A stretch of 56,239 nucleotides of DNA from Candidatus Thorarchaeota archaeon (GTDB lineage Archaea > Asgardarchaeota > Thorarchaeia > Thorarchaeales > Thorarchaeaceae), in assembly GCA_030612365.1 (NCBI GenBank), contig JAUWOA010000003.1, forward strand, positions 1 to 56,239, written 5' to 3'. The first letter of the stretch is position 1; every line of letters begins with the position of its first letter. The notes beneath the pieces are model-generated. The model was not told the origin of the DNA, did no database searches, and worked only from the letters and a program-made list of their open reading frames with translations. Both the position numbers and the translations under genes were made by a program. Below are positions 1 through 9,140 of this stretch, piece by piece.

Positions 1-3
1 CTA

Positions 4-558
4 ATGGGCGTGAAACGGATTGTATTCCATGTCGGGACATACGGAGGGCTCATTCCTGAAGAGGCACATAAGGTCGTTAGAAGTGCGCTTCAGGAGGTCT
101 GGGAGAAAGCAGGGCATCTCGGCGAAGGAGCATACTTGGCTCCCGAGATTGCGGGCAAGATAAACGCGTATGGGTCAGTAGAAGAGATTGCCAAACTCTG
201 TGCAGAATCGGACGGCTTGATTCCAACGATTGACTGGGCGCATATGTATGCGCGCACACAGGGCAAGTGCAACGATAAACAGAGCTATCTGGAGATTCTT
301 GGCGCGTTTGAGGAGGCTCTTGGGTCTCAATTCGTTAATAACATGCATTTCCACATCAGTGGCATAATCTTCACGCAAGCAGGAGAGAAAGCCCACAGGC
401 CGCTCGGGGAGAAATGGGGGCCAGATATATTGCCCCTGATCGAGATAACCAAAGATGTGGGTTACAAGCCAACATTCATCTCGGAAACGCCAACCCCATT
501 GAAGGGAGCACTATATGCTAAGTTCCTACTGGAAGAGCTGGAGAAACACAAAGCATGA
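4..558 (+). CDS. nfo: Endonuclease IV (AP endonuclease family 2, TIM barrel), 5'-truncated by the window edge
   Basis: Motifs FHVG, TIDWAH, HFHISG and SETP match archaeal endonuclease IV. The frame is open to base 1, so the N-terminus probably lies upstream. Confidence 0.8.
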   Translation: MGVKRIVFHVGTYGGLIPEEAHKVVRSALQEVWEKAGHLGEGAYLAPEIAGKINAYGSVEEIAKLCAESDGLIPTIDWAHMYARTQGKCNDKQSYLEILGAFEEALGSQFVNNMHFHISGIIFTQAGEKAHRPLGEKWGPDILPLIEITKDVGYKPTFISETPTPLKGALYAKFLLEELEKHKA

Positions 559-1895
559 CTGAATACATTTTCATCCTGGGAAAGAACTGGCTCTTGAGCA
601 TTGCAGAGATGATTGTCTGCCTGAGGGACCAGAATCTGACTGCGCATGTCAATGACCACTCCAGGAATGCAGCCATTGTTGAGATTGATGAGCGCTTGAG
701 TGATTCTCAAGTTGTGGAGATTCAGGAGGCGCTTGGAGGCTGTTTCAAAATCGGTCGCGTAATCATCAAGTACGATCGGTCAGTCGCAGAGAGGGCGTTT
801 CCAAAGCAGGGGCGGCCGGTAAAGAAGTACAGGACCGAACTAATGCAGTGTCCTTGGATAGATCGCGTATGGCCATCTCCCAAGGGGAAGAAAATCAATT
901 TTGGAGTCAGCACATACCCAATGATGAACGTTGAATCAACTGTGAGTCTCAAGCGTTTGACTCTTGGATTGGATGAGTGGGCTAAGAGGAGGCTTCTGGC
1001 TCGCGGTGCAAGAAGAGCTGCCTACTACATCTATGAAGGACCTGATACCAGGAAAAAAGAGCGCCCTAATACAGCACTGTGGCCCCAGACAATCGCTCGA
1101 TACAACCTGTTGCGCCCCCCGAATGCAGAGGTACTCGCAGTGATTACTGAAGGAAATCTGTACATTGGAAAGACTGTGGTGGTGTACGACTCACGCCTTC
1201 AGCAATATCGGGATGAATCGAGGCCGCATATATCCCCCAAGACCAGCACGAGCCCAAAGCTCAGTAGGACCCTAATAACGCTCTCAGGCGCGAAACCAGG
1301 TGACACCATCTTGGATCCATTCTGCGGCTCGGGGACTCTGTTGATGGAAGCTGCAATCCTAGGTATGAAATGCATTGGGATAGACATTGATGGCGACGCC
1401 GTACAAGGTGCTAGGCTAAACCTGAGATGGCTAAGTTCGGATTTAGGAGAGAAACTCGATTTCCGAATTATGAAGGGCGATGCTCGCCGGGCCATGGAAG
1501 TTATTGGCAAACAGGTGGATGCAATCGCATTTGAGCCCATCTTAGGCCCGGTCTATACCAAGCGACCTGAGCGAAAAGACGCTGAAGAGAGCATCTTGGA
1601 GCTAACGAAATTGTACCGTGACTCCTTGAAAGGTATGGAACCATGTCTTGGACCGGACGGAAGGATAGCCATGACACTCCCCGTAATTAACACAACAAAG
1701 GGACAAGTCAGCATCGAGTTCGATCAGATAATCAAGGGGACAGACTTCGAGCTTATCAAGTTCCTTCCTCGAAAATCAATCAGAACTCAGTCAACGGATA
1801 AGCAGCTAGTGATTCGTCCCGAGCGTCGTACTCTGCCTGAAAGGAAGATGGGACAAGCAGTTGAGCGAACGATCATCATGCTTGGCAAACGCTAG
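555..1895 (+). CDS. trm11: tRNA (guanine-10-N2) methyltransferase, Trm11/TrmG10 family
   Basis: N-terminal YIFILGKNWLLSIAE, then SPKLSRTLITL and SAM motif ILDPFCGSGTLLMEAA. ATGA overlap with nfo. Confidence 0.85.
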   Translation: MTEYIFILGKNWLLSIAEMIVCLRDQNLTAHVNDHSRNAAIVEIDERLSDSQVVEIQEALGGCFKIGRVIIKYDRSVAERAFPKQGRPVKKYRTELMQCPWIDRVWPSPKGKKINFGVSTYPMMNVESTVSLKRLTLGLDEWAKRRLLARGARRAAYYIYEGPDTRKKERPNTALWPQTIARYNLLRPPNAEVLAVITEGNLYIGKTVVVYDSRLQQYRDESRPHISPKTSTSPKLSRTLITLSGAKPGDTILDPFCGSGTLLMEAAILGMKCIGIDIDGDAVQGARLNLRWLSSDLGEKLDFRIMKGDARRAMEVIGKQVDAIAFEPILGPVYTKRPERKDAEESILELTKLYRDSLKGMEPCLGPDGRIAMTLPVINTTKGQVSIEFDQIIKGTDFELIKFLPRKSIRTQSTDKQLVIRPERRTLPERKMGQAVERTIIMLGKR

Positions 1896-2764
1896 AAGAG
1901 ATAGCGAACAACATCATCTAGTATGCAGTACAGCTGCAGACGCTCGATGTCCCTCTTGACATATGGCATAGCATGGTCGAATATCATTTTTCTAAAGGCA
2001 GTCTGGGTGACAGTCCTACTTGTGGCGTCTGCCACGACCTGCAGCATCATCTCCAGACCCTGGCGAAGCACGCGATAATTGATCTTTGAAACGTCCAAAT
2101 GCAATATCTCTACACCGCTATCATCAATCTGGATTTCAGAGAGGATAGGGTCCAGTTCAAGCACTGGCTGGGCTAATTCGCGAATCTTCTTTGTTAGCTT
2201 GGTGCGAATCTTTTTTGGAGTCTTCACTCGTAAGATGGCACGAAACAGATGACTATACACAGCAAGGCAGTCCATCGCTTTGCCGGCAGTGAGAGACTCA
2301 TCGGTCGACTCGTATTGGGAAACCAGTTCTTCCACGTATTCCTCAAAGTGTTTGAATGCGCTTGTGGTGCCGTGCCAGCGCTTCAACATTGTGCTCACGT
2401 CAGAGTTCTTCGGCACCTCGTTTCGCATAAACTCTGCCAAGGCATACTCAAGGATAAATCGCATGTGCCCGAGTCGCGCCCCCTTGGAAACCACCATCAC
2501 AAAGAGAAGGAACTCATTCGCCACCCACACATAGCGGTTAGACTCTGTATCAATAGTCTGCAGCTCCTCGGACGACGCACGATCGATGAAGGTATGGGTA
2601 GCAGATAGGAAAGGCGCAATCAGGTCCATATCTATGTCGATGTTTGTGTAGGCTTTGGCAATCAAATTTCGACCTGACCCACGCTCTATTAGCCAGATTC
2701 CCTGAATAGCGCGCCGACCAGACATGACTACTTCTGTCTCCATATTTGAATCGAAATCGGGCAA
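1892..2764 (-). CDS. Longin-like domain protein with C-terminal helical region (start uncertain)
   Basis: Longin-type pattern: IQGIWLIERGSGRNLIAKAY, helix DLIAPFLSATHTF, strands RYVWVANEFLLFVMVVS, helix HMRFILEYALAEF. Confidence 0.6.
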   Translation of the reverse strand: MPDFDSNMETEVVMSGRRAIQGIWLIERGSGRNLIAKAYTNIDIDMDLIAPFLSATHTFIDRASSEELQTIDTESNRYVWVANEFLLFVMVVSKGARLGHMRFILEYALAEFMRNEVPKNSDVSTMLKRWHGTTSAFKHFEEYVEELVSQYESTDESLTAGKAMDCLAVYSHLFRAILRVKTPKKIRTKLTKKIRELAQPVLELDPILSEIQIDDSGVEILHLDVSKINYRVLRQGLEMMLQVVADATSRTVTQTAFRKMIFDHAMPYVKRDIERLQLYCILDDVVRYLF

Positions 2765-2801
2765 AATAAGCCTATATGCGATACTAGTAGCAGGTGACTC
2801 G

Positions 2802-2843
2802 TAAAAGAGAGGGGAGGGGGATTCGACGGTTAAGCCGAGTCCC
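2802..2843 (-). terminator. Possible terminator after tfb: imperfect hairpin plus pyrimidine tract
   Basis: Minus strand reads GGGACTCGGCTTAACCGTCGAATCCC followed by CCTCCCCTCTCTTTT. Confidence 0.3.
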
Positions 2844-2859
2844 TCTTGATATAGAGTTG

Positions 2860-3825
2860 TTACGAAGTTGAGATTCCTAATTTCTCAACCATTTCTTTGT
2901 AGCGATTCCTTACGGTAACTTCAGTGACTCGTGCAGTACGAGCAATCTCCAATTGTGTACGACGCGAACCTGTGAGGATGCTTGCAACATAGATCGCAGC
3001 AGCAGCCATCCCTTTCGGGTCCTTACCAATTGTGAGCCTCTGTTCGCGAGCCTGTTCAAGGATGTCAATCGCCTTCTTCTTGGCTGCACCAGGAAGATTG
3101 AGCTCAGTGCCAAACCTATGGACGAACTCAGCTGGTTTACTGAATGGCACCTTGAGGTTAAGGTATCGCAGGATAAGGCGTACGCACAGACTTAGCTCCT
3201 TGCGAGTGATGTGTATCTGATCGCATACTTCCTCCAAGGGTCTCGGGACCGTATGGATTCTGCAAGCCAGATAAAGTGAGGCTGCAATCATTCCGAGGAT
3301 TGTACGACCTCGGGTCAATCGCTTCCGCAGAGCTTTTCTGTAAAGTACAGCGGCGGTCTCTCGAATTGAGTAGGGGATACTCAGCTGAGAGCTTATCCGA
3401 TGGAGTTCCGTCATTGCAACCGCAAGATTTCGTTTGTCGGAGGAGTGAACCTTAGTACGGATTTGCCACTTGCGCAGCCTGTGAATCTGCGCTCTACGCG
3501 TTGAAGTCAGTTTCCGTCCGGATGCGTCAACATTCTGACGACCGATTATGGTCGTAAGACCCTGATCGAACTTACTCCAATCAGTTGGGCCACCCACGCG
3601 CTGACGACTGTTTTGTTCATCAGCAGTGAATGCGCGCCACTCAGGTCCTGTGTCAATCGAACGATCAGAAAGAACGAGTCCGCAGCTGGAACAGATGATT
3701 TCACCACGAGCTTTGTCAATATAGATTCTATCAGAACTGCAGGAGGTACAAATTTTGTTGGCCGTACTAATGTTATGCTCACGAGATTTCCTAGTCTTCT
3801 GCTGTTTACTGGCCAGTCGAATCAT
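2860..3825 (-). CDS. tfb: Transcription initiation factor IIB
   Basis: Zn ribbon CTSC...CSSCG, B-reader IDTGPEWRAF and two cyclin repeats ending RVTEVTVRNRYKE. Start moved to ATG 3825 because the longer ORF's N-terminus looks spurious. Confidence 0.97.
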   Translation of the reverse strand: MIRLASKQQKTRKSREHNISTANKICTSCSSDRIYIDKARGEIICSSCGLVLSDRSIDTGPEWRAFTADEQNSRQRVGGPTDWSKFDQGLTTIIGRQNVDASGRKLTSTRRAQIHRLRKWQIRTKVHSSDKRNLAVAMTELHRISSQLSIPYSIRETAAVLYRKALRKRLTRGRTILGMIAASLYLACRIHTVPRPLEEVCDQIHITRKELSLCVRLILRYLNLKVPFSKPAEFVHRFGTELNLPGAAKKKAIDILEQAREQRLTIGKDPKGMAAAAIYVASILTGSRRTQLEIARTARVTEVTVRNRYKEMVEKLGISTS

Positions 3826-4231
3826 CTCCCTGCGACAACCACCATTCAAGTGGAAGTCGCCATTAGAGCTATCGGTGATACCCATGTGGTATGTTCTTCC
3901 ACGGCGCATGGAGGAACGCTAGTTGGGACGCGGGACTAGTGAATCGTTCTCATTGAGAACGAGCATCTATGCCGAGATGAAAATGAATATAAGTCTGTTT
4001 ACCGATTACTCAAATATATAGTTGTTTATTGATTGTTATTTTGTCTTTGTGTTTGTATGAAACCATAATCTTCCAACCAATGCATGGATGTAATCGACCA
4101 AAAAGCAACCCCGGAATCAACATGAGCGGACATACGGAAACCCCAAGTAGCTCAATAATCACAGGCACGAGTAGCGTTTACTTTATGAAGAAACATAGGT
4201 CTGCCCTATACATCAAGAGGCGATACATAAA

Positions 4232-6151
4232 GTGAGTCCAACTCCGCAGACCAACAACCCTTGGAATGTCACAACGGATCTGGTTATCCAATTATTGGTC
4301 AAAGCGGCTTCAATCGACTCTGAAACAGTTCGAAAATACATTGAGATTCCTCCAGATCCGGACCTTGGTGACATTGCCAGCACAGTGTCATTCCTGCTGG
4401 CAAAGAAACTGAAGAAGAGTCCTGCTGTCATAGCTACCGAGATTGCCCAAAGCCTTGAGAAAGAGGTGAAGAAAGAACCCATGCTGGATCGGGTGCAAAC
4501 GAAAGGGCCCTACATCAATTTCTTCTTTGACAGCGGAGAATTCGCAAGGCTCGTTGTGAGCGCAATAGCCAAACTTGATTATAGATACGGCATGACTGAG
4601 GAGTTCAAGGGCACTCGGGCACTCATTGAATCCCCGGCAGTGAATCCCTCTAAGCCTTGGCACATAGGTCATGCACGCAATGCAATACTGGGCGATACTC
4701 TCGCAAACATCCTTGAGGCAGTGGGTTGCGAAGTTGTGAGAATCGACTACATCAACGATCTTGGGCTGCAGATTGCCCAGCTCACATGGAAGATTATGCA
4801 TGATGATGTGGATCTGGCAGAGGTTGATGAGAAGATGGACCACTTCTTGGGCCACCTCTATGTTGAAGTTCAGAAAATCGCAGAGAATGACAGTGACGTG
4901 GAAAACAAGATTCGAGAAATCACCCGTAGACTGGAAGATCTGAGCTCAGAAGAGGCCAAGCGGAGTGCTGAGATGGTCACCCTGTGTCTCAAGGCACAGT
5001 GCCAGACAGCATATCGTCTGGGCATCTACAAGAACTATCAGGTCTGGGAGAGCTCGATTGCACACAGTGGGCTCCTGCAAACTGCCAAGGATTTAATGTT
5101 GCAAACAGAGAACATCCTGACACTGACGGAGGGAGAGAAGAAGGGCTGCATCGTTGCGGACCTGGCCGCAATTGAGGAGTTCAAGGATATGAAGGACCCA
5201 CACAAGGTCCTGTTCAGGTCAGATGGAACACGGACATACACTGGAGCGGACGTCGCATTCCAGATGTGGAAATTTGGTATCATCAAGGACACATTTCATT
5301 ATGGCGTGTTCGAGGAGCAGGCGAACGGTGAGGATGTGTATAGGACAGCTTTGGATGGGGCGGACCGCAACCTAGGGAGATTCGATGTTGTCTACAATGT
5401 GATTGCATCTGCTCAAGCACACCCGCAGAGGTTAATCTACACCATACTGGATTTACTCGGACACCGCAAGCAGAGCCTTAACTCCCACCATGTTGCCTAC
5501 GAATTCGTGGGTCTAGAGGACGCAGACTTCTCTGGGAGAAAGGGGACCTGGATCGGGTACTCGACGGATGACGTCTTGGATAAGGCAACTGAACTCGCAA
5601 AGGAAGAGGTGGCGAAACGCAATCCTGATGAAAGCGACGAGTTCAAGGAAACTGTAGGTGCAAAGGTGGGCACTGGTGCAGTCAGATACTTCATGCTGAA
5701 GGCGTCACCCGACAGGAAAATTACATTCAGATGGGAAGAGGCGCTAGACTTCAACGGGGATGCTGCTCCCTATCTTCAGTATTCATTCGCAAGAGCACAG
5801 AGGATTCTCGAAAAGGCTAGGACGAAACCTGCTGGAACGGCGGAGTTGACATTGTTATCATCGGAAGCTGAGTTCGCGCTGGTGAAGGCAATAGCGAAGT
5901 TCCCTGAGGAGATTCTCGAAGTAGTGAGAGGACTGAAGAAGGATGTGTGGGGAACCAGCTTCAGCTCCAATAAAATCGCAGGATATTGCTACGAGTTGGC
6001 TACATTGTTTAGTAAGTTCTACGATTCCTGTCCAGTATTGAAAGCTGAGGCAGCGACTAGAGCGGCACGCCTGGAGCTAGTGATTGCATTCAGGATAACA
6101 ATGGGCAATTGTCTACGAGTTTTGGGCATTCCAGTTGTCGAGAGAATGTAG
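4232..6151 (+). CDS. argS: Arginine--tRNA ligase
   Basis: HIGH motif PAVNPSKPWHIGHARN, GPYINF, RSDGTRTY, FSGRKG and DALR region GDAAPYLQYSFAR; ends VVERM. Confidence 0.97.
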   Translation: MSPTPQTNNPWNVTTDLVIQLLVKAASIDSETVRKYIEIPPDPDLGDIASTVSFLLAKKLKKSPAVIATEIAQSLEKEVKKEPMLDRVQTKGPYINFFFDSGEFARLVVSAIAKLDYRYGMTEEFKGTRALIESPAVNPSKPWHIGHARNAILGDTLANILEAVGCEVVRIDYINDLGLQIAQLTWKIMHDDVDLAEVDEKMDHFLGHLYVEVQKIAENDSDVENKIREITRRLEDLSSEEAKRSAEMVTLCLKAQCQTAYRLGIYKNYQVWESSIAHSGLLQTAKDLMLQTENILTLTEGEKKGCIVADLAAIEEFKDMKDPHKVLFRSDGTRTYTGADVAFQMWKFGIIKDTFHYGVFEEQANGEDVYRTALDGADRNLGRFDVVYNVIASAQAHPQRLIYTILDLLGHRKQSLNSHHVAYEFVGLEDADFSGRKGTWIGYSTDDVLDKATELAKEEVAKRNPDESDEFKETVGAKVGTGAVRYFMLKASPDRKITFRWEEALDFNGDAAPYLQYSFARAQRILEKARTKPAGTAELTLLSSEAEFALVKAIAKFPEEILEVVRGLKKDVWGTSFSSNKIAGYCYELATLFSKFYDSCPVLKAEAATRAARLELVIAFRITMGNCLRVLGIPVVERM

Positions 6152-6152
6152 A

Positions 6153-7505
6153 CTATCCAGATGTAACCTTGGCAGATTCGACCACAATCGAGGGCGTCAC
6201 AACAGTTGACGTCACCCTAATGTCAGCCCCAATTCGATGAACCCTCTGAAGCAGGTCACGCATGTTGATGCCCACGAGAGTGTTCTTCACCGAATGTTCA
6301 ATCGCTCCGTCCTCAATGTAATGGCCTTCCATTACCATGGCGCTCAAATCGCCCGTCGTCATGTTTGGACGGTCTCCAGTATATCTAAGCAGGATGCCTT
6401 TCTTAATTTCGGAAACTAGGTCATCAAGGGTTCCTTTTCCAGGCGCTATGACAAGGTTGGAAGGCGAGATTGAAGGGAGTCCGGAGTAGGAGGGTCGACT
6501 TGCGTTTCCAGTGTTCTCCACCTGGTCCTTGTTGGCGGTATAGGAGTTATGCAGGATGTTCTTCAATACCCCACCGTGCAGAATCTGCATACGCTTTGTT
6601 GGAACCCCTTCAGCATCAAAAGATCGAGAGCCAATCCCACCAACTATATGAGAGTCATCCATGATACTGAGTGATTCTGAAGCAATCAACTCGCCCAGTG
6701 CGTCTGCTATGTACGAGCGCCCGTATTGAATCTCCTCAGCATTGATGGCACCTCCAAAACCGCCTCCAATGACAGTGCTCACCGCGAGAGGTGTGAGAAT
6801 GATGGGCATATCACCACCCTCAATTGTTCGACCGCCGAGATTGTTTACTGCACTGCGTCCTGCAGTGGAACCAACCCATTCAGGATCTATGCTTTTGAGG
6901 TTTCTAGATACCTGAAACTCGTAGCTTGAAGTCTGGTCATTATCGTCCTTGATTGTGGGAGAGCTGTTGATGAATATGGCTGCGGTTTCCACGGAACCGG
7001 AGATGCCAAGGGAGTTGACTATTGCTTTGATCCCGGCTGCCGCACTCAGCTGTGCTTCCACGGCAGTTTGCCTTGCATCAACTGCTTCATTTGTGGCATC
7101 GACAGTCCGCATAATCAGCTCTGCAGCTTCTTCAGACGAGAGTTTCTGGATTGCCGGGTCGAAGAGTCCCTTCACTGTGGGATAGATTCCGCTGTAGGAT
7201 GGTAATGTAACGAAGTCTGGGTCAGGCACCGATACCTTTGCGAGTTTAACGGACTTTGCGGCCGCCTCAAACAAATCCTCATCTTGAAGCGTGGTGACAT
7301 ATGCGAAGCCAACCCTGCCCGTCTTGACCACTGAACGGACACCACATCCTGCGTCCCTCTTCTCGGATGCACTCTTGATTGCATTATTCTCAACATCGAT
7401 TGTGAATGATCGTGACGTTGCTACATAGGCTTCCGCCTGACTTGCGCCAAGTTCTTCTGCCCTCCTAACGACCATCTCCCCAATCTCAAGAAGCCGCTGG
7501 TCCAA
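6153..7505 (-). CDS. tldE: TldE/PmbA non-catalytic subunit of the TldDE metalloprotease
   Basis: PmbA-type N-terminus (GASQAEAY), RSFDAEGVP, TGNASR, SPSNLVIAPG, TGDLS; no HExxxH. Probable TTG start at 7505, just after the tldD stop and a GGAGG. Confidence 0.88.
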   Translation of the reverse strand: MDQRLLEIGEMVVRRAEELGASQAEAYVATSRSFTIDVENNAIKSASEKRDAGCGVRSVVKTGRVGFAYVTTLQDEDLFEAAAKSVKLAKVSVPDPDFVTLPSYSGIYPTVKGLFDPAIQKLSSEEAAELIMRTVDATNEAVDARQTAVEAQLSAAAGIKAIVNSLGISGSVETAAIFINSSPTIKDDNDQTSSYEFQVSRNLKSIDPEWVGSTAGRSAVNNLGGRTIEGGDMPIILTPLAVSTVIGGGFGGAINAEEIQYGRSYIADALGELIASESLSIMDDSHIVGGIGSRSFDAEGVPTKRMQILHGGVLKNILHNSYTANKDQVENTGNASRPSYSGLPSISPSNLVIAPGKGTLDDLVSEIKKGILLRYTGDRPNMTTGDLSAMVMEGHYIEDGAIEHSVKNTLVGINMRDLLQRVHRIGADIRVTSTVVTPSIVVESAKVTSG

Positions 7506-7506
7506 C

Positions 7507-8892
7507 TTATGCACCTCCCACAGGAATTTCTCTAATCCGAGCATGAGGCCCACCAGCCATTTCTGGCACGGACTGTCCTGATTTTGCGCACGTGCCAGAT
7601 TCCATTGAAAAATCCTTGCCGATGGCATCTATCTTTGATAGCACTTCAAGAATCTGGCCAGCCATTGATACATCGCGGACAAGCTTTGTGAGCTCACCGT
7701 TTTCTATCATGTATCCATAGTTGGCTTGGAACATAAACTGACCTTTAGAAGGTACCGTGTAGCCGTAGTTATAACCGCATAACAAAAGTCCTCCATTTGT
7801 GTCTGAGATTAGTTCATCGACGTCCCAGTCACCAGGCTCCATGAAGGTGTTGCTCATACGAGGAAGGGGAGAATGCGTGAATGATTGAGCTCGAGCGGAC
7901 CCATTTGGTTCCATGTCAAGAAGAACAGCGGTTTCCAAACTATGCATCAACTCTGTCAGGATTCCATCTTTCACCAAGTTCCTTTTTCTTGTCTTGGTGC
8001 CTTCCCAATCGTATTCAAAGGACCCCCGCATACCTGGCAACGTTGGATCGTCTGTCAAGTTCAGGTGCTCAGGGCCCACCATCTTACCCACTTTATCCTC
8101 AAGAATAGTCGTGTGTGCGGGCCAGTTGTCTGCCTCAGATGCATGACCAAAGGCCTCATGAATCATCACGCCATTGAGAACAGGATCTAGGACTACATTA
8201 TAGGTGCCCCCCGCGGCGGCGACTGAAGATAGAAGGTCTACGGCAAGCTTTGCGGACTCCTCGCCAATGTGTTGGGACCGCTCCGTTTCCAAATCTTCGA
8301 ATCCCCCTCTTGTACCCATTGACTTGTAGCCACGTTGTCGATTAGTACCATCTTTCGCTGTTGTGATCGAAATAACAATTGGCAACGAATTCTCTAGGTG
8401 GACGCTCGTGCCAAGTGAGTTCGCAATGTAAAGCTCGGTGCATAGATCCCCATAGATAGTTCGAGTGTTGTGAATCCTGTCGTCAAAGTCACGTGCTTGG
8501 TCGTCAATCATCTTTGCGAAAGCAATCTTCTCCTCAAATGTTACATCCTGAAATGGCTTCTTGACCTTCAGTCTGACCTTGTCCTGGAAAGATGGCCCAT
8601 CAATCTCGAATCGCTTCGCTACCCTACCACGGGTTGCTAGCGCCAAGCGCGCAACAGATTCCCCGGTTTCGCGCATGCCTTTGGGTGTCAGATCAGTTGC
8701 CTGTCCAAAAGCCCAAGCACCATCAATGAATGCCCTAATTCCAGCGCCCTTTAGCCTCGAGGCGAGCGAACGCTTTGTAACACCATCGCTCAGCTCAATA
8801 ACTGTAGTGGTGGTATTCTCGATTCGAACGTCAGCAAACTTGGCGCCAACCTTGAGCACTGCTTCAATGGCAGCTTTGGCCGCATCTTCCAT
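7507..8892 (-). CDS. tldD: TldD metalloprotease subunit
   Basis: Intact IHEAFGHASEAD (HExxxH), YDWEG, PRMSNTFMEPG and C-terminal CAKSGQSVP. Confidence 0.93.
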   Translation of the reverse strand: MEDAAKAAIEAVLKVGAKFADVRIENTTTTVIELSDGVTKRSLASRLKGAGIRAFIDGAWAFGQATDLTPKGMRETGESVARLALATRGRVAKRFEIDGPSFQDKVRLKVKKPFQDVTFEEKIAFAKMIDDQARDFDDRIHNTRTIYGDLCTELYIANSLGTSVHLENSLPIVISITTAKDGTNRQRGYKSMGTRGGFEDLETERSQHIGEESAKLAVDLLSSVAAAGGTYNVVLDPVLNGVMIHEAFGHASEADNWPAHTTILEDKVGKMVGPEHLNLTDDPTLPGMRGSFEYDWEGTKTRKRNLVKDGILTELMHSLETAVLLDMEPNGSARAQSFTHSPLPRMSNTFMEPGDWDVDELISDTNGGLLLCGYNYGYTVPSKGQFMFQANYGYMIENGELTKLVRDVSMAGQILEVLSKIDAIGKDFSMESGTCAKSGQSVPEMAGGPHARIREIPVGGA

Positions 8893-9140
8893 AGTAATCG
8901 CTCCGGAGCATTTGCTCAGGCGCGGTATTGCGGTTTAACTAGTTTCTGATACGGAGTTTGTACTATTCGAGGCGCTCTCACGCCGAATCATGAATGACTG
9001 TGGACCTACAGTCGAATGGGGGTAAATATGTTCAGGAGCATCAATCTTCCTGCAACTGTTGCGGGTGTTTTGGGGATAATACACGAGTCTTTTTGGTCCG
9101 CGTGGACAAGGGAGATGGGCCATGGACCGGAGGTGCCCAG

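Noticed and set aside
6153-8892. RiPP cluster built on TldDE
   Set aside because: No YcaO, precursor peptide or transporter nearby; the window's radical SAM is RaSEA.
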